Origin: a virus
Virus record (IMG/VR): IMGVR_UViG_3300021560_000013
Location: 1-64,000 of that record
Reading direction: 5' to 3' (one strand)
DNA length: 64,000 bases
Position numbers and translations under genes: made by a program. Positions 17,632-26,458 of the stretch are shown here, piece after piece; position 1 is the first letter of the stretch, and the number at the start of each line of letters is the position of its first letter. Under the pieces are notes generated by a model. That model was not told the origin of the DNA. It did no database searches and worked only from the letters and a program-made list of their open reading frames with translations.

Positions 17632-18084
17632 ATGCCCAAGGTTGGGAAGGCCAAGCCGCAGTCAGAGCCTGAGCCCGAGTTCTACACGCACCCGGAGACT
17701 GGCGAGACGACGGAGATCCCCGAGGGCTCGGTCATCGCCCGCAACGCCGACGGCGAGATCATGTACTGGTCGAACCCGTCCGCGATCCTCGAAGGCGACG
17801 TTCACCCGGATCACGTCGAGGGCTACGAGCCGAGCTTCGATCCGGAGGGTCCGACGCGGCGGGTGCTCGGGTTCATCACCAGCGAGGAGCACATGGGCCG
17901 ACCGCGTAACACGGTGGCGGTCCTGGCTGAGGATCTCGCGGACGATCCGAATAGCCCGTTCGAGCGCAACGAGGACGAGACGGTTCTGAAGCATCTCGAC
18001 GCGCTGGAGGACGCCGGGCTGGTCGAGCAGGACGACGGCATCTACGCCGTCACCGACGCCGGGCGCGTCGAACTGGCGAACTGA
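17632..18084 (+). CDS. Acidic protein with C-terminal winged-helix-like segment
   Basis: VLKHLDALEDAGLVEQDDGIYAVTDAG. Confidence 0.65.
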   Translation: MPKVGKAKPQSEPEPEFYTHPETGETTEIPEGSVIARNADGEIMYWSNPSAILEGDVHPDHVEGYEPSFDPEGPTRRVLGFITSEEHMGRPRNTVAVLAEDLADDPNSPFERNEDETVLKHLDALEDAGLVEQDDGIYAVTDAGRVELAN

Positions 18085-18090
18085 GGCCCG

Positions 18091-19263
18091 GTGCCTGCCG
18101 TCCCGCTTAGCGGAACGGGTCTGGTCTCCTACCCGGCGGTGGTCCTGCCAGACGCGCCAGCCGCCTACTACCGGCTGGGCGAGACCGGCGCGGTCGCCGC
18201 CGACCAGGCGGGCGGGCCGAACGGCAGCTACGGCGGGACGATCACGCAGGCGCAGCCGTCGCTGCTGCCATCCGGCGACGGCAAGTCGCTGTACGTCAAC
18301 GGTGGCGGCGTCGCGATCCCGGACGCGCCCGCGAACGAGCTTGGCGCGGGCGACTTCTCGATTGAGTGCTGGGTGCGGATTCCCGGCGGTGCGGGCGGCT
18401 ACCAGACGTTCGTGGACAACCCGAACCGCAACTACTCGCTGTTCTTCCAGTCCTCGTCCTACTGGTACGTCGGCGTCGGCGGGCCAGGCGGTGGCGGCTC
18501 GATCGCATATGCGGCAACCGACTGGACGACGACGCATCACGTCGTCGTCACGGTGAGCGGGTCCTCCTTCTCTACCTGGATCGACGGCGTGCAGTCCGGG
18601 CCGAACGTCACCGGCCACGGCACACAGAACAGCGCCAGCGGGTTCGCGATCGCTGAGAACCCATCCGGCGGTGGTGCCGGGCTGAGCGCCTACCTGCAGG
18701 AGTTCGCGCTCTACAACAAGGTGCTCACGCCCGCGCGGATCCAGGCGCACTACAACGCGGGGCTCGGGATCGGCGCGCCGATCACCGCCCAGGCCGGGAC
18801 CAGGGCCACGGCGGTCGTCTTCGCCCCCGTCGCACAGCCGCTCACGCCGACAGCGGCGAGCGGGAGCGCCGCCAGCGCGACGATCTCCATCCCCGCTCGG
18901 CTGACACCGGTCGCCCAAGCCGCCAGCGCTGCGCAGGCCACGGTCACGACCCCGATCGCGCAGCCGCTCACCCCGGTTGCCCAGGCCGCGAGCAGCGCGA
19001 CGGCGCTGGTCACCGCGAGGGTGAGCCTGACGGCGAGCGCGACCCAGGCGACCGCCGCGACGGCGTACGTGTTCGTGCCGCGCACCGTGTCCCTCCAGCT
19101 GCCGCTGGCCGTGCAGGTGTTCACGGCGGGCATGCGTGCCGACGCGGTGGACTCGACCGCGAGCGCGGCTGTGACCCCAGCCAGCGCCGCCATCGCGGTG
19201 GAGGATTCGACCGTGAGCGTGCTGGCGTTCGACACGCGGATCCTGGCGAGCGCCGAAAGCTAA
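18091..19263 (+). CDS. LamG/concanavalin-like domain virion protein
   Basis: PAAYYRLGE...FSIECWV...HHVVVT...WIDG...LQEFALYNKVLTPARIQAHY. Confidence 0.8.
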   Translation: MPAVPLSGTGLVSYPAVVLPDAPAAYYRLGETGAVAADQAGGPNGSYGGTITQAQPSLLPSGDGKSLYVNGGGVAIPDAPANELGAGDFSIECWVRIPGGAGGYQTFVDNPNRNYSLFFQSSSYWYVGVGGPGGGGSIAYAATDWTTTHHVVVTVSGSSFSTWIDGVQSGPNVTGHGTQNSASGFAIAENPSGGGAGLSAYLQEFALYNKVLTPARIQAHYNAGLGIGAPITAQAGTRATAVVFAPVAQPLTPTAASGSAASATISIPARLTPVAQAASAAQATVTTPIAQPLTPVAQAASSATALVTARVSLTASATQATAATAYVFVPRTVSLQLPLAVQVFTAGMRADAVDSTASAAVTPASAAIAVEDSTVSVLAFDTRILASAES

Positions 19264-19300
19264 CTGGGGGAGGGGCTCAGCCCGCTCTTACGATGCCGGT

Positions 19301-19687
19301 ATGGCCCAGTTCCTGACCGGCCCGTTCAAGATCAAGCGGGGCGTCACCTCACCGGCCTACCGCGTCCTGCTGCGCCAGGCGAACAAGCAGCCGGTGGACC
19401 TGAGCCAGGCCGATCACACGCACCTGGTGATGCGGCTGCGCGGCCAGTCCACGCCCACGGTGGACAGCCAGGCGGCGATCATCCAGCAGGGCGACGCCGT
19501 GACCGGCACCGATGTCGGCGTGGCCGAGTACACCTGGCAGCCGGGCGACACCGACATCGCCGGGGTCTACGACGCCGAGTTCGCGCTCTACGACATCAAC
19601 GGCCAGGTCTACGCGCGAGCCCCGAGCGACGGCTACCTCGAAGTCGTGATCATGGGCAATCTCTCGGCGGAAGGCACCCTGCCCTAG
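19301..19687 (+). CDS. BppU-N-like (baseplate upper/adaptor) small protein
   Basis: IKRGVTSP...PVDLS...GVAEYTWQPGDTDIAGVYDAEF. Confidence 0.65.
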   Translation: MAQFLTGPFKIKRGVTSPAYRVLLRQANKQPVDLSQADHTHLVMRLRGQSTPTVDSQAAIIQQGDAVTGTDVGVAEYTWQPGDTDIAGVYDAEFALYDINGQVYARAPSDGYLEVVIMGNLSAEGTLP

Positions 19688-19747
19688 CGCACGTTGTGTG
19701 CTATACTCCTGGTGGAGGGAAAAGCCCTCCATCCCCGACCGAGGAGG
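19685..19747 (+). promoter_or_regulatory. Cassette-head element 9
   Basis: TAGCGCAC-GTT-GTGTGCTA + TATACT; hairpin TGGAGGG...CCCTCCA; CCCGACCGAGGAGG at 19734-19747. Confidence 0.9.
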
Positions 19748-19751
19748 CCAC

Positions 19752-19922
19752 ATGAAGCTGAAGATCAAGGCGCACTTCGCCAATGGCGCGGTGCGGACGG
19801 TCGCAGCGACGACCTTCGAGGCGGCAGTCAAGAAGGCCGAGAAGTACCAGGGTGCTCTCGGTGAACTGCTCTACGTGACCGAGAAGGTCACGCGGACCCG
19901 GCCAGAAGGAGCAACGGCATGA
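19752..19922 (+). CDS. Hypothetical protein
   Basis: ATG follows the leader. Confidence 0.7.
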   Translation: MKLKIKAHFANGAVRTVAATTFEAAVKKAEKYQGALGELLYVTEKVTRTRPEGATA

Positions 19923-20125
19923 GCGACCTGACCCGATACGAGCAATGGATGGTGCGCAGCAACCTGGGCGCGATGCGTGCGACCGGCACGACCGCTGCCC
20001 AGCAGGCAGCGATCCTCCGAGCCAACGGCTATCTCCGAGTCGCAGCGGCGGTCGAGGCGACCGGGCGCGACGAGCGCGACGACATCCTCGACGCGATCGC
20101 CGGGATCGAGCGTGATGACACATGA
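19919..20125 (+). CDS. Hypothetical protein
   Basis: ATGA coupling. Confidence 0.7.
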   Translation: MSDLTRYEQWMVRSNLGAMRATGTTAAQQAAILRANGYLRVAAAVEATGRDERDDILDAIAGIERDDT

Positions 20126-20313
20126 GCGATCTAACCCGCCATAGGACGCAGTACGGCGCGGGCAAGGTCCACCTGGTCCGACCGTGCCGCGTGCGCTTCC
20201 ACGTCGTCCTCTACTGCACGGGCCGCGCCGTGTCCGGGAGCTACCCGACCGATGAGGCGGTCGAGTGCAAGGCGTGCATCAAGCGCGCCAAGCGCGAAGG
20301 AGTGGAGGCATGA
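20122..20313 (+). CDS. Small Zn-binding hypothetical protein
   Basis: H...C...CxxC pattern. Confidence 0.65.
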   Translation: MSDLTRHRTQYGAGKVHLVRPCRVRFHVVLYCTGRAVSGSYPTDEAVECKACIKRAKREGVEA

Positions 20314-20537
20314 CGACCGAGGAGACCTGCCACTGGCTGATCCAAGTCGCCAGCGGCAACCCCGAGCCCGACTTCCCAGAGGATCTCTGGACCGAAGTCG
20401 AGTGCGGGGCCGAACTGACCATCAACGAGTACGGCTCCTGGCGGTGCGCCGCCGGGCACGAGTACGTGACCTACGACGACCCCGCGCGAGGCGCGTGGGA
20501 CGCGGAGCAGGCGTTCATCGAGCGCCAGGAAGGCTGA
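20310..20537 (+). CDS. Small Zn-ribbon-like protein
   Basis: ECGA...WRCAAGH; RBS GGAGG. Confidence 0.65.
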   Translation: MTTEETCHWLIQVASGNPEPDFPEDLWTEVECGAELTINEYGSWRCAAGHEYVTYDDPARGAWDAEQAFIERQEG

Positions 20538-20538
20538 C

Positions 20539-20769
20539 ATGGCTAGGAAGCTGTCCGAGCCCCAGATGACGATGTTGCAGGAAGCGGCCAACAGCCCGAA
20601 CCTGCGCGCCCGCGCCGGGCACCGCAAGGAGCGCACGGCGCAGAAGCTGGTCGATCTCGGGCTGGGAACGATCTCGTTCTACGGCGCGCGGAGCTTCCAG
20701 ATCAACAAGGCGGGGCTGGCGTTTCTGGGATGGCACGTCGGCCCGATGACCGACTGGAGCGACCGGTGA
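20539..20769 (+). CDS. Hypothetical protein (winged-helix-like)
   Basis: LSEPQ...KLVDLGLG...INKAG. Confidence 0.6.
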   Translation: MARKLSEPQMTMLQEAANSPNLRARAGHRKERTAQKLVDLGLGTISFYGARSFQINKAGLAFLGWHVGPMTDWSDR

Positions 20770-20972
20770 AGTACGACGACACCGCCACCGACGTGCTCAC
20801 CGAGCGCCCGCCCTGCGACATCTGCAAGCAGCGTCCGGCGTACGCCGACGGCAAGACGACGATGGGGCCGTGGGCGTATATGTGCGCCCCGTGCTTCGAG
20901 ACGTACGGGATCGGGCTCGGCATGGGCCGAGGCCAGCGGATCCTGATCAACCCGACCGAGGAGGACACATGA
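20766..20972 (+). CDS. Small Zn-finger protein (CDIC...CAPC, GLGxGxGQ)
   Basis: GTGA coupling; motif. Confidence 0.7.
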   Translation: MKYDDTATDVLTERPPCDICKQRPAYADGKTTMGPWAYMCAPCFETYGIGLGMGRGQRILINPTEEDT

Positions 20973-21316
20973 AGGGCATCCGAGCGCGGATCTTCCGCGA
21001 CGACTCAAACAACGACGGCTCGAACGGCGGCATCTCCAGCTGCTGCAACGAGGTGACGATCATCGACTCGCGCCTACCCGAGCGCGACGAGCCGACCGCG
21101 CAGGCCCCGGCGGTCCGCATCGTGGAGCGCTCGTTCGGCGGCAAGCCGTACGTCCACCTGGAGCCGATCGACCGGCCCGAGGGCAAGCTCGGCCCGATGA
21201 TGGGCGGCAACTACGTCGGCGGCTACGGCGAGCTTCGCGAGTTCGCCAACGGCGGCGCGATCCCGCTCCACGACCGGTTCGAGACGCAGGCCGAGTACGA
21301 CCGGTACAGCGCATGA
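20969..21316 (+). CDS. Conserved-looking phage hypothetical protein
   Basis: Leader CCCGACCGAGGAGG at 20951-20964; SNGGISS...MMGGNY...IPLHDR. Confidence 0.75.
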   Translation: MKGIRARIFRDDSNNDGSNGGISSCCNEVTIIDSRLPERDEPTAQAPAVRIVERSFGGKPYVHLEPIDRPEGKLGPMMGGNYVGGYGELREFANGGAIPLHDRFETQAEYDRYSA

Positions 21317-21648
21317 CCAGCGAGTCGCCACGCGGCGCGCTCGCCGGGCGCATCGCTGACTTCGTGGACGAGCACGGGCTCGCTCAGGTGTTCGGCGGAC
21401 GGCAGGATCTGCGCAAGTCCGGGCGCTACTACAGCGTCATGCTGTCGATCGCCCGCTACCTGGACGGGTTCATCCGCGTGTACGGGCCGAAGTTCATCCT
21501 GATCCAGCTGCAGGGGCCTGCCGTCGGCGGTAGGTGGGAGGGCGTCTACGAGTCCGAGGAAAACGCGCTGACGTTCCTGAAGGCCCTGCTGGTGGACCAC
21601 GACGAGGACGCCGCCTACGCCGTGCCAACCAAAGCGCCGAAGTCCTAA
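21313..21648 (+). CDS. Hypothetical protein
   Basis: ATGA coupling. Confidence 0.7.
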   Translation: MTSESPRGALAGRIADFVDEHGLAQVFGGRQDLRKSGRYYSVMLSIARYLDGFIRVYGPKFILIQLQGPAVGGRWEGVYESEENALTFLKALLVDHDEDAAYAVPTKAPKS

Positions 21649-21727
21649 CCAGCGCGCTTAGCCTGGCCTGGCCCCGTTCGCAGCGCTTTCCTCTCTCCGA
21701 GGCTGCGGGCGGGGCACAACAATCCAT

Positions 21728-21758
21728 CTGGGGGAGTGCCCAGAACCGCGCTTAGTAT
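21728..21758 (+). promoter_or_regulatory. Class-2 (putative late) promoter of the head operon
   Basis: CTGGGG-N19-TAGTAT; same geometry at 19264 and 27576. Confidence 0.55.
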
Positions 21759-21767
21759 CGGCTCACC

Positions 21768-23261
21768 ATGAGCGTCACTGCGCCCCCAGAAGCTCCAGCC
21801 GACGCGCTCCAGCTGCGAGAGGCGATGTACGCGCTCTCGCGCGAGAGCGTCGAGTTCCCAGAAGACCTGCAAGAGGCCCGCGTCCAGCGACTCCTGGACA
21901 GCGGGCTCGACCTGGAGGAAGCGACCGCCCGCGAGGAGCAGGAACGCTCCAAGCTGGTGCCGGTCCACATCCTGCGCCCGTGCCTCGGCAAGGGCCGTGG
22001 CCGTCACATCTACGAGGCGGACATGCTGCAGGAGAACGCCCACAAGTTTGCGGGCTGGCGGCAGTTCATCGACCACCTCTCACCGGAAGCCCGGCGCGCT
22101 GCGAAGGGCCTGCCCCGCTCGATCCGAGATCTCGGCGGGCGGATCGTGGAGAGCTACTGGGACGGCAACGTCCCGGCGGACGACAAGAAGAAGTACGGCC
22201 AGGGAGCGGTCGTCGGCTGGTCGTTGCCGACGCCGTTCATCCGCGAACTGGCCGAGAACGATCCCGAGCTTGTCGAGTGCTCGATCTCCGCGAACGCCAC
22301 CGGCGTGCAGCCGCGCATGGTGGACGGCAAGCGGGCCTGGCTGGTCGAGGGCATCGAGGACCGTGGAAGCGTTGACTGGGTGACCGAGGCGGGCGCTGGT
22401 GGCCGCGTCGTCGCGTTGATGGAGTCTGCCTACGAGGAGGACGGGATGGGACTGCTGGAGTCGATGACCGACGAGGAGTTCATCGCCTACGTCGAAGAAG
22501 TCCGGCCCCACCTGCTCACCGAGCAAGGCGACGGTGACGCGGAGGACGAGGCGGATCAGGGCGACGACGAGCTTGAGGAGATGGTGGCGCGGATGATGAA
22601 GCGCAACCCCAAGCTCACCCGCGCCCAGGCCGAGGCGATGGCGAAGAAGGCGCTCGCGAAGTCGAGCCAGGAAGCGGCGGAAGCCGACGACACAGAGGAG
22701 ACAGACATGGGTGCGATCACCCCAGAGGCGCTCCAGGAAGCTCTCCAGTCCGAGGACTTCCAGAGCGTGCTCGGCCCGATCATTGACGACCGGGTCAAGA
22801 CTCTCGTTGAGTCGGCGGTGGCCGACGAGCGTGAGTTGATCCGCGCGGAGGCGCGAGCCGACGCCGACCGGCAGCTGGAACTGCGCGACATGCGCGACGC
22901 GGCTCACCGGCAGATCACCGAGGCCAAGCTCCCGGACGCGTTCGCGAACCGGGCCAAGTCTCAGTTCCAGCTGACGGAGACGGGGCCGACGCCGGGGCTC
23001 GACGTGGTGGACGACGTTGACGACGACGGCAACGTCACCAAGAAGGCGTCCGAGAAGCTGAGCGAGGCGGTCACCGCCGCCATCCAGGATCAGCGCGAGC
23101 TTCTCGCGGCGGCGAACCCGACAGCGGTTCGCGGCCAGGGACCTGGCACTCCCGCCAAGCGCGGCGAGGGTGACGACGAGCCGAAGAAGGGCGAGGGAAC
23201 GCTCTACGGCGCGCTCCTCCAGGAAGCAGGGGTCGATCCCTCCACGGCGTGGGACGACTGA
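21768..23261 (+). CDS. Prohead protease-scaffold fusion
   Basis: FIDH...RSIRDLGG...SISA...SVDWVTEAGAGG protease-like core, acidic coiled-coil tail, position before the capsid gene. Confidence 0.8.
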   Translation: MSVTAPPEAPADALQLREAMYALSRESVEFPEDLQEARVQRLLDSGLDLEEATAREEQERSKLVPVHILRPCLGKGRGRHIYEADMLQENAHKFAGWRQFIDHLSPEARRAAKGLPRSIRDLGGRIVESYWDGNVPADDKKKYGQGAVVGWSLPTPFIRELAENDPELVECSISANATGVQPRMVDGKRAWLVEGIEDRGSVDWVTEAGAGGRVVALMESAYEEDGMGLLESMTDEEFIAYVEEVRPHLLTEQGDGDAEDEADQGDDELEEMVARMMKRNPKLTRAQAEAMAKKALAKSSQEAAEADDTEETDMGAITPEALQEALQSEDFQSVLGPIIDDRVKTLVESAVADERELIRAEARADADRQLELRDMRDAAHRQITEAKLPDAFANRAKSQFQLTETGPTPGLDVVDDVDDDGNVTKKASEKLSEAVTAAIQDQRELLAAANPTAVRGQGPGTPAKRGEGDDEPKKGEGTLYGALLQEAGVDPSTAWDD

Positions 23262-23291
23262 GGCCCACGGTAGGCAGAAAGGAGCAGGCAA

Positions 23292-23675
23292 ATGCCGTAT
23301 AACCGCCCAGGCCCAGGCGTCTACGTCACCAACGGCGGCACCGCGATCGCGCACGGCTCGCCGCAGGTGAACGCGGGCTTTGTCGGCGTCGCCGTCAAGC
23401 AGGCCCCTCGCCAGTGGCAGGACAGCTACGCGATCCAGGGGACGATCGACGCCAGCGAGGCGTACTTCCTGATCACGAAGGGCGTGGTCCAGGTCCCGAA
23501 CACCGGGATCACGGCCAACGTGAAGGGCGACCCGATCTACATCACGCCCGCCAGCGTGCTGACCGCCACCTCGGCGGGCAACTCGAAGTTCGGGCGGGTC
23601 GTGGAGGTGGCCGGTGCCCGAGGCACGCCGCCGAACAAGGTCAGGATCGACCTGGACCTGAAGGACAGCTTCTAA
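23292..23675 (+). CDS. DUF2190-like capsid cement/decoration protein
   Basis: GFVGVA...GVVQV...GDPIY...FGRVVE; lies between protease and capsid genes. Confidence 0.7.
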   Translation: MPYNRPGPGVYVTNGGTAIAHGSPQVNAGFVGVAVKQAPRQWQDSYAIQGTIDASEAYFLITKGVVQVPNTGITANVKGDPIYITPASVLTATSAGNSKFGRVVEVAGARGTPPNKVRIDLDLKDSF

Positions 23676-23785
23676 GCCGGTGACGTTCCCGCTCCGGTTC
23701 CCCATCCGGAGCGGGTCGGCCTTCGGGCAACATCATGCGCTAAGCGCCCAGGGGGATCGAAGTCAATCGGACTGAGGAGTAGCAA

Positions 23786-24850
23786 ATGCACGGCAACCCC
23801 TACGGTGCCTTCGGCAGGCCGATCCGCCTGCTTGAGGCGTACCGCGAGTGGCGCGACGAGCGGATGCTGGAGGAGGCCGACTCCAAGGCCGACTTCGCAT
23901 CCTTCCTGTACGGACCCGTTCGCCAGTCGATGTGGCACGGCTACAGCCGCGCCCAGGCGCAGTACCAGCGCTACACCCGCGAGGAGTCCGCGCCGGACTT
24001 CCGCGATCGGCGTCTGCGTGGCCTGAACGGCCTGCTCGGGATCGGCTACGTGGGCGACCACGGGCACTACCCCGGACTGGCCCGGACGGACCGCCCGCCC
24101 GCCCACCTCTCGGTGGACACCTACGGCGGCATGTACTCGATCACCCGCCAGGCGATCATCAACGACGACTCGAACGAACTGCTGAACCGCAACCCGGCGG
24201 ACATGGGCTACGCGGCTGGCGTGTTCATCCTGCAGACGGTCATCGCGATGATCCAGAACCCGCCGAACGCGGGCGACGGCAACGCGTTCTACTCGGTCGC
24301 CGGGACCGGGCGCGGCAACCAGGTCGTCTCGCCGCTGTCGGAGGACAGCCTGGTGGATGCGATCGGGTTCATGGAGTCCCTGCTGGACGATGACGGTCGG
24401 CAGATCGTGGTCACGCCGCAGCTGCTGGTCGTCAAGAACGCCCGGATGCAGATGATCGCCCAGCGGATCCTGAACTCGACCCAGACCGGGACCAACGTGA
24501 CGTGGACCGGCGCTGCCGGTGTCGGCTCGCAGGTCATGGACAAGGGCACGATCAACCCGCTCGCCGGGGTCCTCCCCGCCGACGGCGTGATCCGCGACCC
24601 GTGGTTCTCGGACGCCAACGACTGGTACCTGTTCGCGGACCCGAACGACGTGCCAGCGTTCGCCGTGGGGTTCCTGAACGGGCAGTCCGAGCCGCAGGTG
24701 ATGCTGAAGGATCCGCTCGTGCGGATGGCGCTCGGGGCGGGGACGGACCCGTACTCGTTCGAGCTTGACGCCGTCGAGTTCAAGGTCCGCAGTGACTTCG
24801 GCGTCGCGCCGGTCGATCCTCGTGGGGCGTACCGCTCGATCGTGCCTTGA
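23786..24850 (+). CDS. Major capsid protein (Mu gpT-like)
   Basis: TYGGMYSITRQAIINDD, DGNAFYS, WYLFADP, VGFLNGQSEP, FKVRSDFG. Confidence 0.9.
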   Translation: MHGNPYGAFGRPIRLLEAYREWRDERMLEEADSKADFASFLYGPVRQSMWHGYSRAQAQYQRYTREESAPDFRDRRLRGLNGLLGIGYVGDHGHYPGLARTDRPPAHLSVDTYGGMYSITRQAIINDDSNELLNRNPADMGYAAGVFILQTVIAMIQNPPNAGDGNAFYSVAGTGRGNQVVSPLSEDSLVDAIGFMESLLDDDGRQIVVTPQLLVVKNARMQMIAQRILNSTQTGTNVTWTGAAGVGSQVMDKGTINPLAGVLPADGVIRDPWFSDANDWYLFADPNDVPAFAVGFLNGQSEPQVMLKDPLVRMALGAGTDPYSFELDAVEFKVRSDFGVAPVDPRGAYRSIVP

Positions 24851-24875
24851 CTCTCCCTCTCTCCGGGAAATGAGC

Positions 24876-24914
24876 CGGGCGGCGGCGGTCTTCGGACCGC
24901 CGTCGCTCGTTTGT
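24876..24914 (+). terminator. Intrinsic terminator after the capsid gene
   Basis: GGCGGCGGTC-TTCG-GACCGCCGTC stem followed by TTTGT. Confidence 0.75.
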
Positions 24915-24969
24915 GGCACCCCCCGTGCGCGCGGGTAGTCTCAGAACACACCCCAGACGAGGAGGACGC

Positions 24970-25440
24970 ATGCCACGCGGTAACGATGCAGCCGCCGCTG
25001 CTGAGGAGTTCAAGGCCAAGGTCGGCGCGGATCCCAACGCCGAGGACATGATCAAGCTCACGGCTGAGCGCTGGCCGCGCGAGCTTCTCACGGCGAACAA
25101 CCACAGCGTGGACGAGGAAGCCACCAGCGACGCTGACGACGACGCCGTCCAGGGCCTGGTCGGTGACCGGCACGTCCTCGGCTACGCGGTGCGCGGCCCG
25201 TTTGTCACGGTCGTCTCCGAGGACGACTCAGGCTTCACGGTCAAGCAGGCGTTCCCGTTCGAGGGGCGCGAGAAGGAGGCCGAGCGCTTCATGGAGCCCG
25301 CCGCCGAGGACGCCGAGGCGGCTGACGCAGAGGCTCAGGCCGAGGCCGAGAAGGCGCACGCCGAGGCGACCAAGGCAGCCGAGGCTGAGGCCAAGGCCGA
25401 GGAGAAGAAGGCCGCTCCTGCCGCTGCCGCTAAGAAGTGA
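24970..25440 (+). CDS. Hypothetical protein with Ala/Glu/Lys-rich tail
   Basis: RBS GGAGG; ATG at 24970. Confidence 0.7.
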   Translation: MPRGNDAAAAAEEFKAKVGADPNAEDMIKLTAERWPRELLTANNHSVDEEATSDADDDAVQGLVGDRHVLGYAVRGPFVTVVSEDDSGFTVKQAFPFEGREKEAERFMEPAAEDAEAADAEAQAEAEKAHAEATKAAEAEAKAEEKKAAPAAAAKK

Positions 25441-26018
25441 GCGTCACCCCGGCGGTCCTGCCGCCAACTGTCGATGACCTGAAGTCGTGGAGCCGGGTGG
25501 ACTTCTCGTCCCTCGATGATCCGTTCACCGACGACGACCTGCAGAACCTGCTCAACCGCACCTGCGCGTACCTCACGTCGGTCACCGGGCGTCCGATGGA
25601 CAGCACGATGCCGACGAACCTGGTGCCGATCGCCCAGGACGCGATCCAGCTGCGCGTGGAGCAGATCGGGTTCCAGGAGCAGACGGACTACGTCGAGACA
25701 TCCAGCGACGATCTGATCCAGTCCTTCTCGGCAGGCGGCTACTCCGAGACGCGCAAGGAGCCCGGTCGCCTGCGCTACACCGGCGCGACGACCGGCATCC
25801 CGGCGATCAACGACAACAGTGCCCTGAACATGGACATCTGGCTGCTGATGACGCCCGAGATGCAGGACTACTGGCGCTACATCATCCAGGGCACGGGTGG
25901 CCCAAGCTTCGAGGTCACCGAGGCCGATTGGGGCAACTACGACGGGCTGTATCCGTACTCCTACGGCGTCGGTGCGTTCCGGAGCGGGGTGGTGGACGCG
26001 TCGGTCTGGGGCGCATGA
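25437..26018 (+). CDS. Head-tail adaptor (gp6-like)
   Basis: TVDDLK...IQSFSAGGYSET; position. Confidence 0.65.
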   Translation: MSVTPAVLPPTVDDLKSWSRVDFSSLDDPFTDDDLQNLLNRTCAYLTSVTGRPMDSTMPTNLVPIAQDAIQLRVEQIGFQEQTDYVETSSDDLIQSFSAGGYSETRKEPGRLRYTGATTGIPAINDNSALNMDIWLLMTPEMQDYWRYIIQGTGGPSFEVTEADWGNYDGLYPYSYGVGAFRSGVVDASVWGA

Positions 26019-26059
26019 TGTGTGCGATTCAGGCATTCCCCGAGGAATGGGCGGAATGA

Positions 26060-26458
26060 GTGTCGCTGAACGCCGCACTGGTGGACAGGGCACGGCGCAT
26101 CGTTGACACTCCGCTGCCCGAGAAGGTCGAGGGAACGACCCAGTTCACGACCCTGCGCTACCCGTGGTTCAAGTGCCGGATCACGATGCAGGCAGCACCC
26201 GAGTCCGACGATCCGCAGGCCGGGCGCAGACGCGTGCCGCACCCGGCGCAGCTGCTGTGCGGGGTCAAGGATGTGGACGGCAACGTGCTCCAGATCAACT
26301 CGGACGATCGGCTGGAGATCGACTCGAAGCAGCTGGGGCAGTGGATCTACGAGATCACCTCGGACGGCGAGCCGATCCGGAAGAAGAAGAAGCTGATCGG
26401 CTGGCAGGCGAACCTCACGCGCGTCGAGGAGCATCCGTTCGAGCCGGTGGAGCCGTAG
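26060..26458 (+). CDS. Head closure/stopper protein
   Basis: Position and size. Confidence 0.55.
   Translation: MSLNAALVDRARRIVDTPLPEKVEGTTQFTTLRYPWFKCRITMQAAPESDDPQAGRRRVPHPAQLLCGVKDVDGNVLQINSDDRLEIDSKQLGQWIYEITSDGEPIRKKKKLIGWQANLTRVEEHPFEPVEP

Noticed and set aside
2061-19707. Palindrome repeats as a CRISPR array or integron attC sites
   Set aside because: Irregular spacing of 0.4-6.5 kb, no cas operon or integron integrase in the window, and each copy is fused to a -10 box.
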